From positions 13,575-77,574 of the IMG/VR virus record IMGVR_UViG_3300047160_036126: 64,000 bases of DNA; one strand, 5' to 3'. This stretch comes from a virus (taxonomy: Duplodnaviria > Caudoviricetes). Under the pieces are notes generated by a model. It was not told the DNA's origin and did not search any database. It saw only the letters and a list, made by a program, of their open reading frames with translations. Shown here in pieces: positions 1-9,026 of this stretch. The position numbers were made by a program, and so were the translations under genes. Position 1 is the first letter of the stretch; each line of letters opens with the position of its first letter.

Positions 1-151
1 TCGTTGCCTTGCGCTTGAGGGTGTTTTCGTAATCGGCTAGACGCCGTTGGGCTTCGGATAGATCGGCGGTGCGGAGCGAGACGCGACGCGGTTGTCCGTT
101 TTCCCGCGAGTAGGCGTAGTATTTTCCCCGGAAAAATGCGAGCCGCCACAT
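1..151 (-). CDS. int: Probable tyrosine integrase, N-terminal 50 aa only (runs off the left edge)
   Basis: Manual translation from ATG 151: MWRLAFFRGKYYAYSRENGQPRRVSLRTADLSEAQRRLADYENTLKRKAT, open to base 1. Resembles the arm-binding N-terminus (RxSLxTxDxxEA) of alphaproteobacterial phage integrases; catalytic domain not visible. Confidence 0.7.
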   Translation of the reverse strand, partial: MWRLAFFRGKYYAYSRENGQPRRVSLRTADLSEAQRRLADYENTLKRKAT

Positions 152-318
152 TCGACGAATTCCTGCATGGCCGTGGCGGCGATTCTTATCGGGCCGCGCG
201 GTAATCCGCCAAGCCTGAAATGCCGAAGTAGCCCGCGTTTGCAAAGCGCCCGCACGGTCGCCTCATGGCAATCAAGATGTTGGGCTGCAGTCTTCACGGT
301 GAAGGGCCGCTCGCTCAT
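37..318 (-). CDS. xis: Excisionase-like HTH protein (HTH_17/MerR-like)
   Basis: FTVKTAAQHLDCHEATVRALCKRGLLRHFRLGG...IRI; ATG 318 overlaps the upstream stop; adjacent to integrase. Confidence 0.8.
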   Translation of the reverse strand: MSERPFTVKTAAQHLDCHEATVRALCKRGLLRHFRLGGLPRGPIRIAATAMQEFVECGGSHFSGENTTPTRGKTDNRVASRSAPPIYPKPNGV

Positions 319-674
319 TTTCCGCCCCCGCCTGTTTGCTCGCGGCGCGGTGAAAAGGCAGGCCATTCCGGCCCGGTCATTCGGCGGCGTTGCGGGGGCC
401 AATCGGATGCGCCGGGAAGGGGCGCGGCTTGCGGTTGTGGCGGCTTTGTCTCGCGTGTCGGCTTGATCTGCGCGACGATTTCCTCGTTGGTGCGCAGATT
501 CGCGACAAACGCCTCGGCTTCTTCGCGTGTGGCGAAGTCACAGGTATGGCGTTGAGGCTGCTTGCGTTTAGGGCGTCTTCCTATCCAATTATGATGGCCG
601 GTGAAATCCCACCAATAGACGCGCCAAGGCAGGGATGGTTGAGGATCGAATGGGAGTTGGTGTGGCATAAGCAC
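315..674 (-). CDS. Hypothetical protein
   Basis: ATGA-coupled to xis; no recognised motif. Confidence 0.55.
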   Translation of the reverse strand: MLMPHQLPFDPQPSLPWRVYWWDFTGHHNWIGRRPKRKQPQRHTCDFATREEAEAFVANLRTNEEIVAQIKPTRETKPPQPQAAPLPGASDWPPQRRRMTGPEWPAFSPRREQTGGGGK

Positions 675-1152
675 CCGCTCCGCTCATAGACCAGCCGTTG
701 CGCGAAATGCGCCCGGCATCGGTCTTGCAGCGGCGGGCACCCCCCAGCCTCGGGCGTGGAAAATGGCTCTCCACGGAGAGCAGCCGATAGCGCGCTTTTA
801 GAGCGCCCTTGCGCGTCGTTGGCCTCCCGGCCCGGGCAGAGCGCTTCGGCTCAACGCCGTTTTTTCGGCGTGACGCCGAATAAGGTATCAACTTGGGATG
901 CGATTTTGCATGCGACAATCAGGCACAGCGCTTTTCGGCTGCCGCCGGTAAATCCCCGGCCCTATGGCGCGGAGGGCGATTTCCTGTTACTTCGCACAGG
1001 CGCTCCAAGCGTGCGAGGCCGGCTAAAGCTCAACGCCAGTTTCAGCGCTCCACAGATTGGTGATCGATTCGAGGTTCTGCACAAGATATAGATGCGGCAG
1101 CGAACATAATAAACCGCTGATTTTAAAGGGCGAAAGAGATGGGGTTGTGACC

Positions 1153-1256
1153 ATCCTATTTCAAGCCCATATTATGTGTGTGATCCGAACCCGGCCCATG
1201 TCGGTAAGTAGGATCGCACCGGGGAAGAGGCTTCGGCCTTTTCCCCCTTCTTTTGG
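1153..1256 (+). ncRNA. Candidate structured RNA convergent with the DUF3800 gene
   Basis: Stem GTGTGATCC(1178-1186)/GGATCGCAC(1211-1219); hairpin GGGGAAGAGGC-TTCG-GCCTTTTCCCC (1221-1246) followed by CTTCTTTT; G-U wobbles pair only on the + strand. Confidence 0.5.
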
Positions 1257-1262
1257 CGGCTT

Positions 1263-2033
1263 TCAGATTAGCACAATCCCCAGCGGATGGGTCCTGCTGG
1301 CCCGGATATTCAAGACAGGAGCGAGCCGGTCGAAATAATGTTGGGCGCCCTGCCTGCGAATGTAATTGTTTGGGGCGAACCGCTGTAAGAGAAAATACGC
1401 CACAGCATCGCACGCCTGAATCAAGTAGCTATATTTCGAGTCTCGTGAATTTGGATCTTCGATAATTTTATCGATCGGCATCATTCGGAAACCAGCGCCA
1501 TGGCCATAAAGCGCGACCGTGTGCGGGATAGGATTGTAAACCGCCATCTTCCGGATGAGCCTTTGCAGCTTCATACCCTCAGTGTCGTCGGTAATCACGA
1601 TGCCGTAATCCGTTCTGTGCGCGCCCGGAAAGTTGCCGTAATTCATTGTGTTTTCGAAGCGCTGAAATAGAACTTGCCATGCGTTGCTGAAGATATCGTA
1701 TGGCGGCGACCGATGACTTTTATCAACAATGACATTGGTGAAAGAAATAAAGTCGATCTTCGCCAGCTCGTCGAGGAAGTTGCGCAGTATCGCAAGTCGG
1801 ATATGCTTCGCCATGCCTGGAACGGGCGCATGGCGCACAAATTCGGCTGTGTGAATTTCTGTCCTCAGGGGCAACCCATACACCGCCCGAAGCGTCCTGC
1901 GAAATGCGATCAACCGCTGGATCAGCTCGCGCCATCGGCTTTCGTGCACAACGAGACTCGAAAGCGCAAAGTACCGGGTGGGAGACCTGACGAGCCCGCT
2001 GTCTCCGCTCTCGTCAACGTACATGAGATACAT
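1263..2033 (-). CDS. DUF3800 family protein (predicted RNase H-like fold)
   Basis: N-terminal YVDESGD..G and C-terminal IQACDAVAY motifs typical of DUF3800. Confidence 0.8.
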   Translation of the reverse strand: MYLMYVDESGDSGLVRSPTRYFALSSLVVHESRWRELIQRLIAFRRTLRAVYGLPLRTEIHTAEFVRHAPVPGMAKHIRLAILRNFLDELAKIDFISFTNVIVDKSHRSPPYDIFSNAWQVLFQRFENTMNYGNFPGAHRTDYGIVITDDTEGMKLQRLIRKMAVYNPIPHTVALYGHGAGFRMMPIDKIIEDPNSRDSKYSYLIQACDAVAYFLLQRFAPNNYIRRQGAQHYFDRLAPVLNIRASRTHPLGIVLI

Positions 2034-2077
2034 CGCGAGGGGCGGATGCTACAGCAGGCGCGTGCGCCGTACGGTTG

Positions 2078-2780
2078 TCACGCGGGAGTGTAGATGCCGC
2101 TCTCCGTGTTGTGCCGTCCAGCGGCATCGCCGATTTTTCGGTGAAATCGGAGGCATATGAAGTGAGTGGGTGCCTGATCGCATTTCGATCTGCCTTTGAA
2201 GAGTTGCATCCAAGGGCTGTTGCGCTGTTGCCGATCGCGCTCGGTTCGTTGCGTCCTTTGATCCTGGATGCGCGCTCGATTATTTCGGCGCCATTCTCTT
2301 AGAGCATTTTGTTGGCAAAGTATGCACTGCCTTGCAAAGTTGCCAGATTTTTGTTGAACTAGCCGGACATTGTCGTCCGTTAATGCATGACCCTTTGAGC
2401 AGTGTGTCTTGCGTGCATTATTGGCCATTATTGATTCCCCGCGCAGAACGTTTTCGGCCTGCGTTACCGGTTCGAGATGATAGGGATTTACACATAGAGT
2501 GAAGCGACATTTATGGTCGATCACAAGATCATCTGGAATTGGCCCAAATTCGAGTATGTAAGCTTCGCGGTGCATTCGAACCATTTTTGAGCATACATTC
2601 GCTACACCATAACCGGGGCTCGCTTTTGATAAGCCAAAATTTTGGCGAGCCCCGATCCAGATATGACAGCCCGTGTTTGGCTCAGGTATGGAGTATTTTT
2701 CGAGGCGCTCCTTTATGGAAACCTGGATGATTTCCCTTGTCGCATCTTGGAACAGAGTTTTTGCGTTTTTGGTTTTTCAT
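2078..2780 (-). pseudogene. HNH endonuclease (HNH_3 type) with an apparent +1 frameshift just after the start codon
   Basis: VIDHKCRFTLCVNPYHLEPVTQAEN. The frame stays open upstream of 2584 through PEPNTGCHIWIGAR (matching the paralog at 9861), but the coupled ATG at 2780 is one base out of frame in an A5 run. Confidence 0.7.
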
Positions 2781-3281
2781 TTAGGCTACACTATAGACGC
2801 CTCCATTGTTACCGATTTTCTGCTGCTTACGCAACAAAACAAGTGCATTTGATGCCGCGCTTGCCGCTGACTTATCGGTCCTCATACCCAGGGCTTCCAA
2901 AATTTGGCCCCGGTTCATTCCGTCAGGATGACGCTGTAAAAGATCGAGGATACGATTTGCGGTCTCGCCGCGCGGCCTGGTGAAGGCGCTGACACGTCCC
3001 CGCGTGCGAGCCGTAGTAGCGGCAGCGGGGGACGGGTCGAATTCGCCGTGCTGGATCGCCTGCAGGGCTTGCAGGGTGCGAACAGTTCGTTCGGCTGCCT
3101 CTAACTCCGTCCGCTTCGTTTCGACGATCTGGCGAGCTTCCGCGAGCTTGTCTTCGATGCCGCCGGCGAGCTGGTCGAGGAAGTCTTCAAGGGATAGGTC
3201 GGCTATCACTTTGCGGGCCTGGGCTGCGGCGGCCGCACCGTGTAACCGGCGAGGTTCTTCGGTTTGATGGTCTTCGGACAC
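2781..3281 (-). CDS. Hypothetical protein, coiled coil plus C-terminal winged-HTH-like domain
   Basis: NRILDLLQRHPDGMNRGQILEALG...ASNALVLLRKQQKI. Confidence 0.6.
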   Translation of the reverse strand: MSEDHQTEEPRRLHGAAAAAQARKVIADLSLEDFLDQLAGGIEDKLAEARQIVETKRTELEAAERTVRTLQALQAIQHGEFDPSPAAATTARTRGRVSAFTRPRGETANRILDLLQRHPDGMNRGQILEALGMRTDKSAASAASNALVLLRKQQKIGNNGGVYSVA

Positions 3282-3339
3282 AACCTTATCCTTTCGCTGA
3301 TGTGCCTTCAGCGAAAGGATGGGAAATCAGGTTATGGTG

Positions 3340-3900
3340 TCAAGAAGGCTGAAACTTTTCTATTTCGTTGCCCCATGTCGTCCAGCCCGGACGCGTGCAT
3401 CGTCCGAAAAGTTCACAGAAGGGCCCGTCCCATAATGCCTCGATATCCTCATACATTTGTTCTGGCTTGCGCGAGTGCTCCCGTACCGGCGCGACGATAA
3501 GATTGCGGACGTTGCGAACCCTCTGTTTCGGATGTCCGAGCGTGCCGAGCAACCAGAACTCTGCGGCGCTACGGTAGCAGTAGCCAGTTCCGAAAGCCCA
3601 TTTTTCTCCGGTGCTGGATTGCTTCGCCCATGCGCCGGCCGATTTGAAGGCGAACCCCCATGCCTTCATGGTATCGATCGCTTCGGGCAGGAGCGGAGAT
3701 GTCGCCCACATAATCAAAGCACAGTCCGGCCGCGCAAGCTGCGAAACCGGAAGGGCTTTGATCTCGGCAAGCGACATACATGTATAGTGCGAAACCGGAT
3801 TTTTCTTCTCGCCCTTCGCGCTGTAATTAGCGAAGCGCCACGGCGGATCGCAAAGGATGACGCCGTATCTTAGAGGAGTAAGGTTTTCAAACGGCCACAT
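3340..3900 (-). CDS. MT-A70 family N6-adenine methyltransferase (orphan)
   Basis: VILCDPPW catalytic motif, ALIMWAT, HSRKPE, ELFGR. Confidence 0.9.
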   Translation of the reverse strand: MWPFENLTPLRYGVILCDPPWRFANYSAKGEKKNPVSHYTCMSLAEIKALPVSQLARPDCALIMWATSPLLPEAIDTMKAWGFAFKSAGAWAKQSSTGEKWAFGTGYCYRSAAEFWLLGTLGHPKQRVRNVRNLIVAPVREHSRKPEQMYEDIEALWDGPFCELFGRCTRPGWTTWGNEIEKFQPS

Positions 3901-4150
3901 GGAGGGTGTCGGCCACCAGCTTCATGTAGCCGATGATATCGTGCCAGCTATCGTGAAACTCCGGGTCGCCATTTAGGATGCGAGCCGCTTTGTGGGCGAG
4001 CATTTCGAGGGCTTCACGCTTATCTGGCGTGAGTTTCGACCAATTGGGACTGTCGGCCATTGCCCGTTTGATGGCCTGAGAGATGCGCGCGTGTTCCTGA
4101 AAGGAGCCGTAACGCTTACCGCGTTCTTCTAGGGTTTGGGCGATGTCCAT
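3887..4150 (-). CDS. DUF6378-like phage protein
   Basis: LEERGKRYGSF...KAARILNGDP..DSWHDIIGY. Confidence 0.7.
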   Translation of the reverse strand: MDIAQTLEERGKRYGSFQEHARISQAIKRAMADSPNWSKLTPDKREALEMLAHKAARILNGDPEFHDSWHDIIGYMKLVADTLHVAV

Positions 4151-4161
4151 GGATCACCGCC

Positions 4162-4611
4162 TTATTCCTCGTCCTCTTCGTCGAGCGGCAACCCCGGTTC
4201 GTCCTTATCGATCTCCGGCTTACTACGGTGGCCGAGGTAAGGATTGATGTCGCTTAAAACGACGGTGACACTTCCACCTTGCGCTTCGACCAGGTCGTGG
4301 CGACCTTCGGCCATTTTGCTGCCCTTGAGCACGATCTTGAGGCCGTCTTTGACGACAACCTGTTCAAGCGTGCAGTGCATGGATTTGAAGCCGCGGCCGG
4401 CGACGATCTCGGCTGTTTTGCGTACGCATTCGGTCGCGGTAAATTCCGCGCTCGCCGCCACGTCCTTCTGCTGCGCCTCTTTCATACCCTTCCAGTCGGC
4501 GTGCTGCTTGAACATATTGAGGATGGCTTCGCGAAGATCGCCCACAAGTGTTGCGGCCTGGACGTCGATCTTTTCTTGGTCGGGTTTCTGCTGCGGTTTC
4601 TTCTTGGGCAT
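4162..4611 (-). CDS. Conserved hypothetical phage protein
   Basis: ATG 4611 preceded by an AGGGAG RBS; acidic C-terminus. Confidence 0.65.
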   Translation of the reverse strand: MPKKKPQQKPDQEKIDVQAATLVGDLREAILNMFKQHADWKGMKEAQQKDVAASAEFTATECVRKTAEIVAGRGFKSMHCTLEQVVVKDGLKIVLKGSKMAEGRHDLVEAQGGSVTVVLSDINPYLGHRSKPEIDKDEPGLPLDEEDEE

Positions 4612-4789
4612 CGTCTGCTCCCTGTTTTCTTGATTAGTTGAATTAAAATGCAGCGCCTGGTTCTGTAGCGTAAACGCTGAGCTTGCCTGCCTCGCTTCTA
4701 CGGCATCGTTATACACGACCGGCTATCGGACTCACGACCTGCTCTCATGCTGAACACAGGCGCTGCATCCATTCCCGTTAGGGAACTCC

Positions 4790-5152
4790 TTATGCCGGCT
4801 CCGGCTTACGATCTAGCATCTGAATGCTGCCATTGAATGGCCGCAGGACGATTTCGGTAGCGTTGTGCTTCACCCCATCCTTTTCGTATTGCCGATGCTC
4901 AAGGGCTCCGCGCAGGACAACGCGCGAACCTTTCTTGAGATGAGGGACGACGTGTTCAATCAGCGCGGCATTCCACAAGACAACCGGATGAAACTGCGAC
5001 CGAGTTTGTGTGGTACCAGCGTCGTTTTTCCATGTATCGGTTGTTGCGACCGAGAAGTTTGCGACTTGCTGGCCGCCTTGTAGCGAACGGACTTCGGGAT
5101 CGCGGGTGAGACGACCGAGTAAGGTGACTTCGTTAAGTGTTGCTTCAGGCAT
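4790..5152 (-). CDS. ssb: Single-stranded DNA-binding protein (OB fold only)
   Basis: LNEVTLLGRLTRDPEVR...FSVATTDTWK...KKGSRVVLRGALEHRQYE. Confidence 0.92.
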   Translation of the reverse strand: MPEATLNEVTLLGRLTRDPEVRSLQGGQQVANFSVATTDTWKNDAGTTQTRSQFHPVVLWNAALIEHVVPHLKKGSRVVLRGALEHRQYEKDGVKHNATEIVLRPFNGSIQMLDRKPEPA

Positions 5153-5232
5153 GGCACTTTCTCCCGTTGGTTTGTGGTTTAATGCACTGCACTTCGATCG
5201 GTTACGCCATTTCCTTTAAGGACGAAAGTTAA

Positions 5233-5667
5233 TCAATTATATCCTTCAAGGATCGCATTGATCTGGTCGGTTAATTCGTCTCGGTTGACGGTTGGCAGGA
5301 TGCGAGTAGTGATGATGTCGAGAACCCGATTGTAGAATTCTTCAAAAGATGTTTGCGACATGGCCGAGAAGCTAATCGATTTTGGCATGATGAATGGCAT
5401 GCCGTCTATCGTTGTTTTGGTTTCGAAGTATCCAGTCGCTACTTTAAGCGCGGATAACAAATCATAGGTGGTTGCATATTGCTGCTGGTGAGGGAACACT
5501 GCTTGCAGTAAAGCCCAGAGCTTACGATGATGCGCTGGATTGCGTGCTCTCCGCAGAGTCGCGGTTACAATCTCCCTATCATTGATGCTTTCGAGTCCTT
5601 CAAGACTGACGGGATCGGCCGCGGCGAGCTTCTGGCCTTCGCGCACAAGGAGCAGGTCGAGACTCAT
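5233..5667 (-). CDS. DUF1367/NinB-like recombination accessory protein
   Basis: RARNPAHHRKLWALL...PKSISFSAMSQTSFEEFY. Confidence 0.7.
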   Translation of the reverse strand: MSLDLLLVREGQKLAAADPVSLEGLESINDREIVTATLRRARNPAHHRKLWALLQAVFPHQQQYATTYDLLSALKVATGYFETKTTIDGMPFIMPKSISFSAMSQTSFEEFYNRVLDIITTRILPTVNRDELTDQINAILEGYN

Positions 5668-6302
5668 GCAGCCTCGCGATAGCCGAGCTTGGTGAGGCGC
5701 GCGAGCTTGTCCTGAAGCTTGGCGTTAAACTGCTTAAGCAGGGTCGCCATTTCGGACAGGTATGTTTCCTCGCGGCCGACACGGATGATTACCGGCGGTA
5801 GTTCCGGGTGATAGGAAACGAGGTCAACCCATTTGCGGCCGGTGACTAAAAGCTGGCCCTGTGTCTGGGGGCGATATTTTTGGTCGATCTTTTGGTCGAG
5901 CAGATATTGGATGTGGGTGTGCGGCGCGGGGCATTTCAGTTCGAGAAGGCCGTCAGCACCAATAATCCGGTCAGGGCTGCATCCCATTGTGCGTGCGTCG
6001 TCGGTGCAGAAGCCGACCGTCTTGGCTTCGACGCCCGTCTGCAATTCGTAAAAAGCTGCTGCGCTTGCCTCAAGCTCCTTACCGCGTTCCGTGTGTTCGT
6101 TGCCATTCCAATGATCCTCATCGATCTCGGCAATAGGTTTGCCGGTCATGATCTCCGCGATAAGCAGGTTGGCGTAAGCATCGGCCTGTTTAGATGGTCC
6201 GCCGGTAGGGCAGATGATTTTAGAGAATGCCGAAGCCGTCGGCAGACCAAGCCTCGCGGAATTCCATTCGTCGCTATATTGGGGGCAATCGACAGTTATC
6301 AC
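5664..6302 (-). CDS. YqaJ/lambda-exonuclease family recombinase nuclease
   Basis: EWNSARLGLPTAS, RGKELE, CSPDRII, LELKCP, QTQGQL. Confidence 0.9.
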   Translation of the reverse strand: MITVDCPQYSDEWNSARLGLPTASAFSKIICPTGGPSKQADAYANLLIAEIMTGKPIAEIDEDHWNGNEHTERGKELEASAAAFYELQTGVEAKTVGFCTDDARTMGCSPDRIIGADGLLELKCPAPHTHIQYLLDQKIDQKYRPQTQGQLLVTGRKWVDLVSYHPELPPVIIRVGREETYLSEMATLLKQFNAKLQDKLARLTKLGYREAA

Positions 6303-7087
6303 TGAGCCTTCGTCTTTCCAGCTTCTGATTTGAGTTTGTTTTCTTTATCTCTTTCCTTTTCCTTTGCTGCCAGCGCAACAGTGGCTTGCTTGTAGTTCTT
6401 GGCGGGAATATCGATTGCCTTTTCCACCTTCATATATTTCAGGAAATTTTGATGAACCTCTTCGCCTAAGGCCCGCGCTCGTTTATCGAGTTCGGCGGCC
6501 TGCTCTATGGTGATATTCCCGGTTTCGTGATTACCGTCCTTGTCGTCGCCCGTGCTGATATTCAGTAAGGCGCAGATTGCGACGCGCTTCGCATAGGTGA
6601 CGGACGATGAGGTCGCATGCGGAAGGGTCTTGTTGACCGTGCCGGCGATACCCGTCTTATCGAGCGGCATCGTGATCGTGGTTTCTTCTACATGGCCGCC
6701 TCGGTGCCAGAGTTCGGCCTTGACCGTGACGCTGGTGTCGGTCTGTGCGATAATCTTCGTGGCGGTGCCGAAGCCGTATTTTTCTAAAACCGGGTCGATC
6801 TCGACGTTAATGTCTTCCAGCGGGGCATATTTGGATTTGGTCTGAGTGTTTTCCTTGCGCCGCAATACCTTCGGCAAATGCGGCTTCATGAGAACGTAAT
6901 CTGCGGCAAAAGCCTGTTTCGCATTCCGGTTTAGAATGTGTTCTTGAAGCGACATAAGCTTTTCGAGCTTCGTAACATCGAAATTCGGATCGGTCGCCGC
7001 GCGTTCGATCATGTTCATGACTGCCGCACGTTCGTCCTGTGCGGCGGGCAATTGCTGTTGTTCTTCGATCTTCTGTACGGCGTTCAT
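6299..7087 (-). CDS. ERF family ssDNA-annealing protein
   Basis: SKYAPLEDI...SSVTYAKRVAICALLNISTGDDKDG. Confidence 0.85.
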   Translation of the reverse strand: MNAVQKIEEQQQLPAAQDERAAVMNMIERAATDPNFDVTKLEKLMSLQEHILNRNAKQAFAADYVLMKPHLPKVLRRKENTQTKSKYAPLEDINVEIDPVLEKYGFGTATKIIAQTDTSVTVKAELWHRGGHVEETTITMPLDKTGIAGTVNKTLPHATSSSVTYAKRVAICALLNISTGDDKDGNHETGNITIEQAAELDKRARALGEEVHQNFLKYMKVEKAIDIPAKNYKQATVALAAKEKERDKENKLKSEAGKTKAQ

Positions 7088-7114
7088 GGGTTTCTCCCTG
7101 TTGTTGGTTTGTTT

Positions 7115-7303
7115 TTAATCGTCGTGGTGTCGGCGTTCTCCGGCTATCAATTCCTGTTCGGCTTTCTCGGCGTCTGCGATGAGCGTATCGACCTTGCGCT
7201 CAAGGTCTTTGGATGTGAGCAAGTCGTTGCGGTCGCGGGTCTTGAAATACCGCTTCTGCGCGTCGCGCATAGCGCGAACATTGGTCATGAACGTGGTCGT
7301 CAT
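7115..7303 (-). CDS. Hypothetical protein
   Basis: Translationally coupled small ORF in the left operon. Confidence 0.6.
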   Translation of the reverse strand: MTTTFMTNVRAMRDAQKRYFKTRDRNDLLTSKDLERKVDTLIADAEKAEQELIAGERRHHDD

Positions 7304-7581
7304 TTCCGCACCTTCGCCTTGATGACGCGCGCAGCATCATCCATCCCCTTGCGGGTAAGCACCTTGCCTTGCATTGGCTGCAACGCGCGCTGTGCTTCCT
7401 CTATAGCGGCACTGGAAATCCGTGCTGCGTACTCGGCCTGCGTCACTCGCTGGATGTTCGCGCGACTCGCTTCCTTGATGGCGTCACTGCGATTACCGTA
7501 TTCCGTCAAAGCGGCAAGCCCGATAAACAAGATCGCCATTGCGACGAAGGAAAAGCCGATATTTTTTATCGCCCAATTCAT
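7300..7581 (-). CDS. Hypothetical membrane-anchored protein
   Basis: N-terminal hydrophobic helix; ATGA overlaps on both sides. Confidence 0.6.
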   Translation of the reverse strand: MNWAIKNIGFSFVAMAILFIGLAALTEYGNRSDAIKEASRANIQRVTQAEYAARISSAAIEEAQRALQPMQGKVLTRKGMDDAARVIKAKVRK

Positions 7582-7859
7582 TCACTCGCCTCCCTCACCA
7601 TCGTTTCAAGATCGCCGCCCCGGTGATACCAGTCGTTCACGGCGTCCATGATGCGCTCGTTGGCGCGGCTGAGCGGTGGAACGGATGGCATCCATCCGTC
7701 TGCGAAGCGTTGGTCATATTCGGCTTGCCCGGCCTCGTAGTCGAGAAATGCCTTGACGGCCTTCTTGTCATCTTTAGTGACTTCGCTGTGATAGTCCCAG
7801 TAAAGTCGTAAGACAGTGAGCTTGGCGCGCGCCAATTCTTTTTCAGAGCGGTGGATCAT
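7578..7859 (-). CDS. Hypothetical protein
   Basis: ATG 7859 overlaps the stop of the upstream ORF. Confidence 0.55.
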   Translation of the reverse strand: MIHRSEKELARAKLTVLRLYWDYHSEVTKDDKKAVKAFLDYEAGQAEYDQRFADGWMPSVPPLSRANERIMDAVNDWYHRGGDLETMVREASE

Positions 7860-8077
7860 TTCAGCACCTTTGCGTCTTTCAGCGCTTTTCGGCATTCGTG
7901 GCGGAAGACCTGGACCGATGTGAAGCGGCCAACGCCGTATATCTTTCGTGTGGCGCTCCGGCGCAACCATGCGCTGTTGTAAAACAAATAAATAAGAGTG
8001 CCCGCGATGATGAGAGCAAAGGCCGCATAGCCCCAAATTGGGAACGAGCAAAATCCTGCAAGATGTCCGTGGCACAT
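7856..8077 (-). CDS. Small membrane protein, first gene of left operon 1
   Basis: GGAG RBS; one transmembrane segment. Confidence 0.55.
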   Translation of the reverse strand: MCHGHLAGFCSFPIWGYAAFALIIAGTLIYLFYNSAWLRRSATRKIYGVGRFTSVQVFRHECRKALKDAKVLK

Positions 8078-8111
8078 GGGGGCTCCTTGTTATTGCTTTT
8101 GCTTGTGCCCA

Positions 8112-8139
8112 AAGTTAACCAAGAAAGGTTATTTGTCAA
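8112..8139 (-). promoter_or_regulatory. Leftward sigma70-type promoter with a palindromic operator in the spacer
   Basis: Minus strand TTGACA(8139-8134)-N16-TAACTT; operator TAACCA-AGAA-AGGTTA at 8116-8131. Confidence 0.55.
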
Positions 8140-8209
8140 TTAATATCCGCAGAAATCTGCGCAAGGAAATTTCGTTCTTGCGGTAGTAATAAAAAGCGTT
8201 TGATTTATT

Positions 8210-8225
8210 TAACCATTCCTGCTTA
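8210..8225. promoter_or_regulatory. Second copy of the operator, upstream of the rightward HTH gene
   Basis: TAACCA-TTCC-TGCTTA, one mismatch to TAACCA-N4-TGGTTA. Confidence 0.5.
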
Positions 8226-8236
8226 TAGATTAAGCT

Positions 8237-8518
8237 ATGAAGGACACTAAGTCTGCTACCCCCCTCGAAGCTGCAATCCGCAAGATAGGGATGAAGCCAT
8301 CGCGCTTGGCAAGATTGTTTGCAAAAAAGAAGAAAAGCAAGAGTTCGAATCCGGCGGCTCGCATACACGATTACTGCAAAGGTAACATATTCCCTGAATA
8401 TGATAACGCCGTGGTGCTGCATGGAATCGTAGTGGGCGCCGGCGGCCGTATTGAGTTGGAAGACATCATCGACCCTCCGCAGCGCAGGGAGAAAAAACGC
8501 AATGCTACTCCTCGCTGA
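8237..8518 (+). CDS. Cro/XRE-like HTH regulator
   Basis: PLEAAIRKIGMKPSRLARL...IHDYCKGNIFP; first gene of a divergent operon. Confidence 0.65.
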   Translation: MKDTKSATPLEAAIRKIGMKPSRLARLFAKKKKSKSSNPAARIHDYCKGNIFPEYDNAVVLHGIVVGAGGRIELEDIIDPPQRREKKRNATPR

Positions 8519-8789
8519 TATATTCAATCATCTCATTCATGAGTCCTGGTTCACTGCGGCGCTTATAGCCACCATCCTCGTGCTTGGCAGTCTTATTGCC
8601 GGATGGTCGATGCATGATGCTACGCTGGTGTCAAAATGCAAACAACTCGCTGCAGACCTGGAGCTGGCGCAAGGTCATAACCGTCACTGGCAGCGAAAGC
8701 TCAAAGAGGAAAAAAGCCGGCGCATGGCAATCATTGGGACCCGCGGTGCTTTTGTAACCAATGCCAAGCGAAAGCAAAAGAAGGGATGA
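8502..8789 (+). CDS. Membrane-anchored coiled-coil hypothetical protein
   Basis: Transmembrane segment followed by a coiled coil. Confidence 0.55.
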   Translation: MLLLADIFNHLIHESWFTAALIATILVLGSLIAGWSMHDATLVSKCKQLAADLELAQGHNRHWQRKLKEEKSRRMAIIGTRGAFVTNAKRKQKKG

Positions 8790-9026
8790 ATGCCCCGTGG
8801 CCTCAGCTATTCCGCTCGGCGCCGTCTGTACAAGGAACTATTCGCGCGCGACGGCAATCTGTGCTGGATCTGTGGTGAACCGATAAGCCGGAACAATCGA
8901 GGCAAAACCATGAGTCGCACTTTGGATCGCGTCATCCCCGGAAAACAGGGTGGAACCTATCGGCCGGACAATCTTCGACTCGCGCATAAGCTCTGCAATG
9001 AACTGCGGGGAGCATCGCCCGCATGA
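8790..9026 (+). CDS. Small HNH endonuclease-like protein
   Basis: CWICGE...TLDRVIP..QGG...DNLRLAHKLCN; catalytic DH appears as DR. Confidence 0.8.
   Translation: MPRGLSYSARRRLYKELFARDGNLCWICGEPISRNNRGKTMSRTLDRVIPGKQGGTYRPDNLRLAHKLCNELRGASPA

Noticed and set aside
680-1135. ORFs 589-918 and 756-1091, or an att site
   Set aside because: Low-complexity translations without motifs; no tRNA or known target-gene fragment; att should lie beyond the integrase, outside the window
3340-3900. MT-A70 as part of a restriction-modification system, or as CcrM
   Set aside because: No adjacent cognate restriction enzyme; motifs are MT-A70 type, not the CcrM family
8129-8143. Canonical CtrA box TTAA-N7-TTAA
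   Set aside because: Only a one-mismatch version (TTAT-N7-TTAA) in AT-rich DNA; other TTAA pairs checked (5216/5229, 12048/12057, 18560/18576) have the wrong spacing
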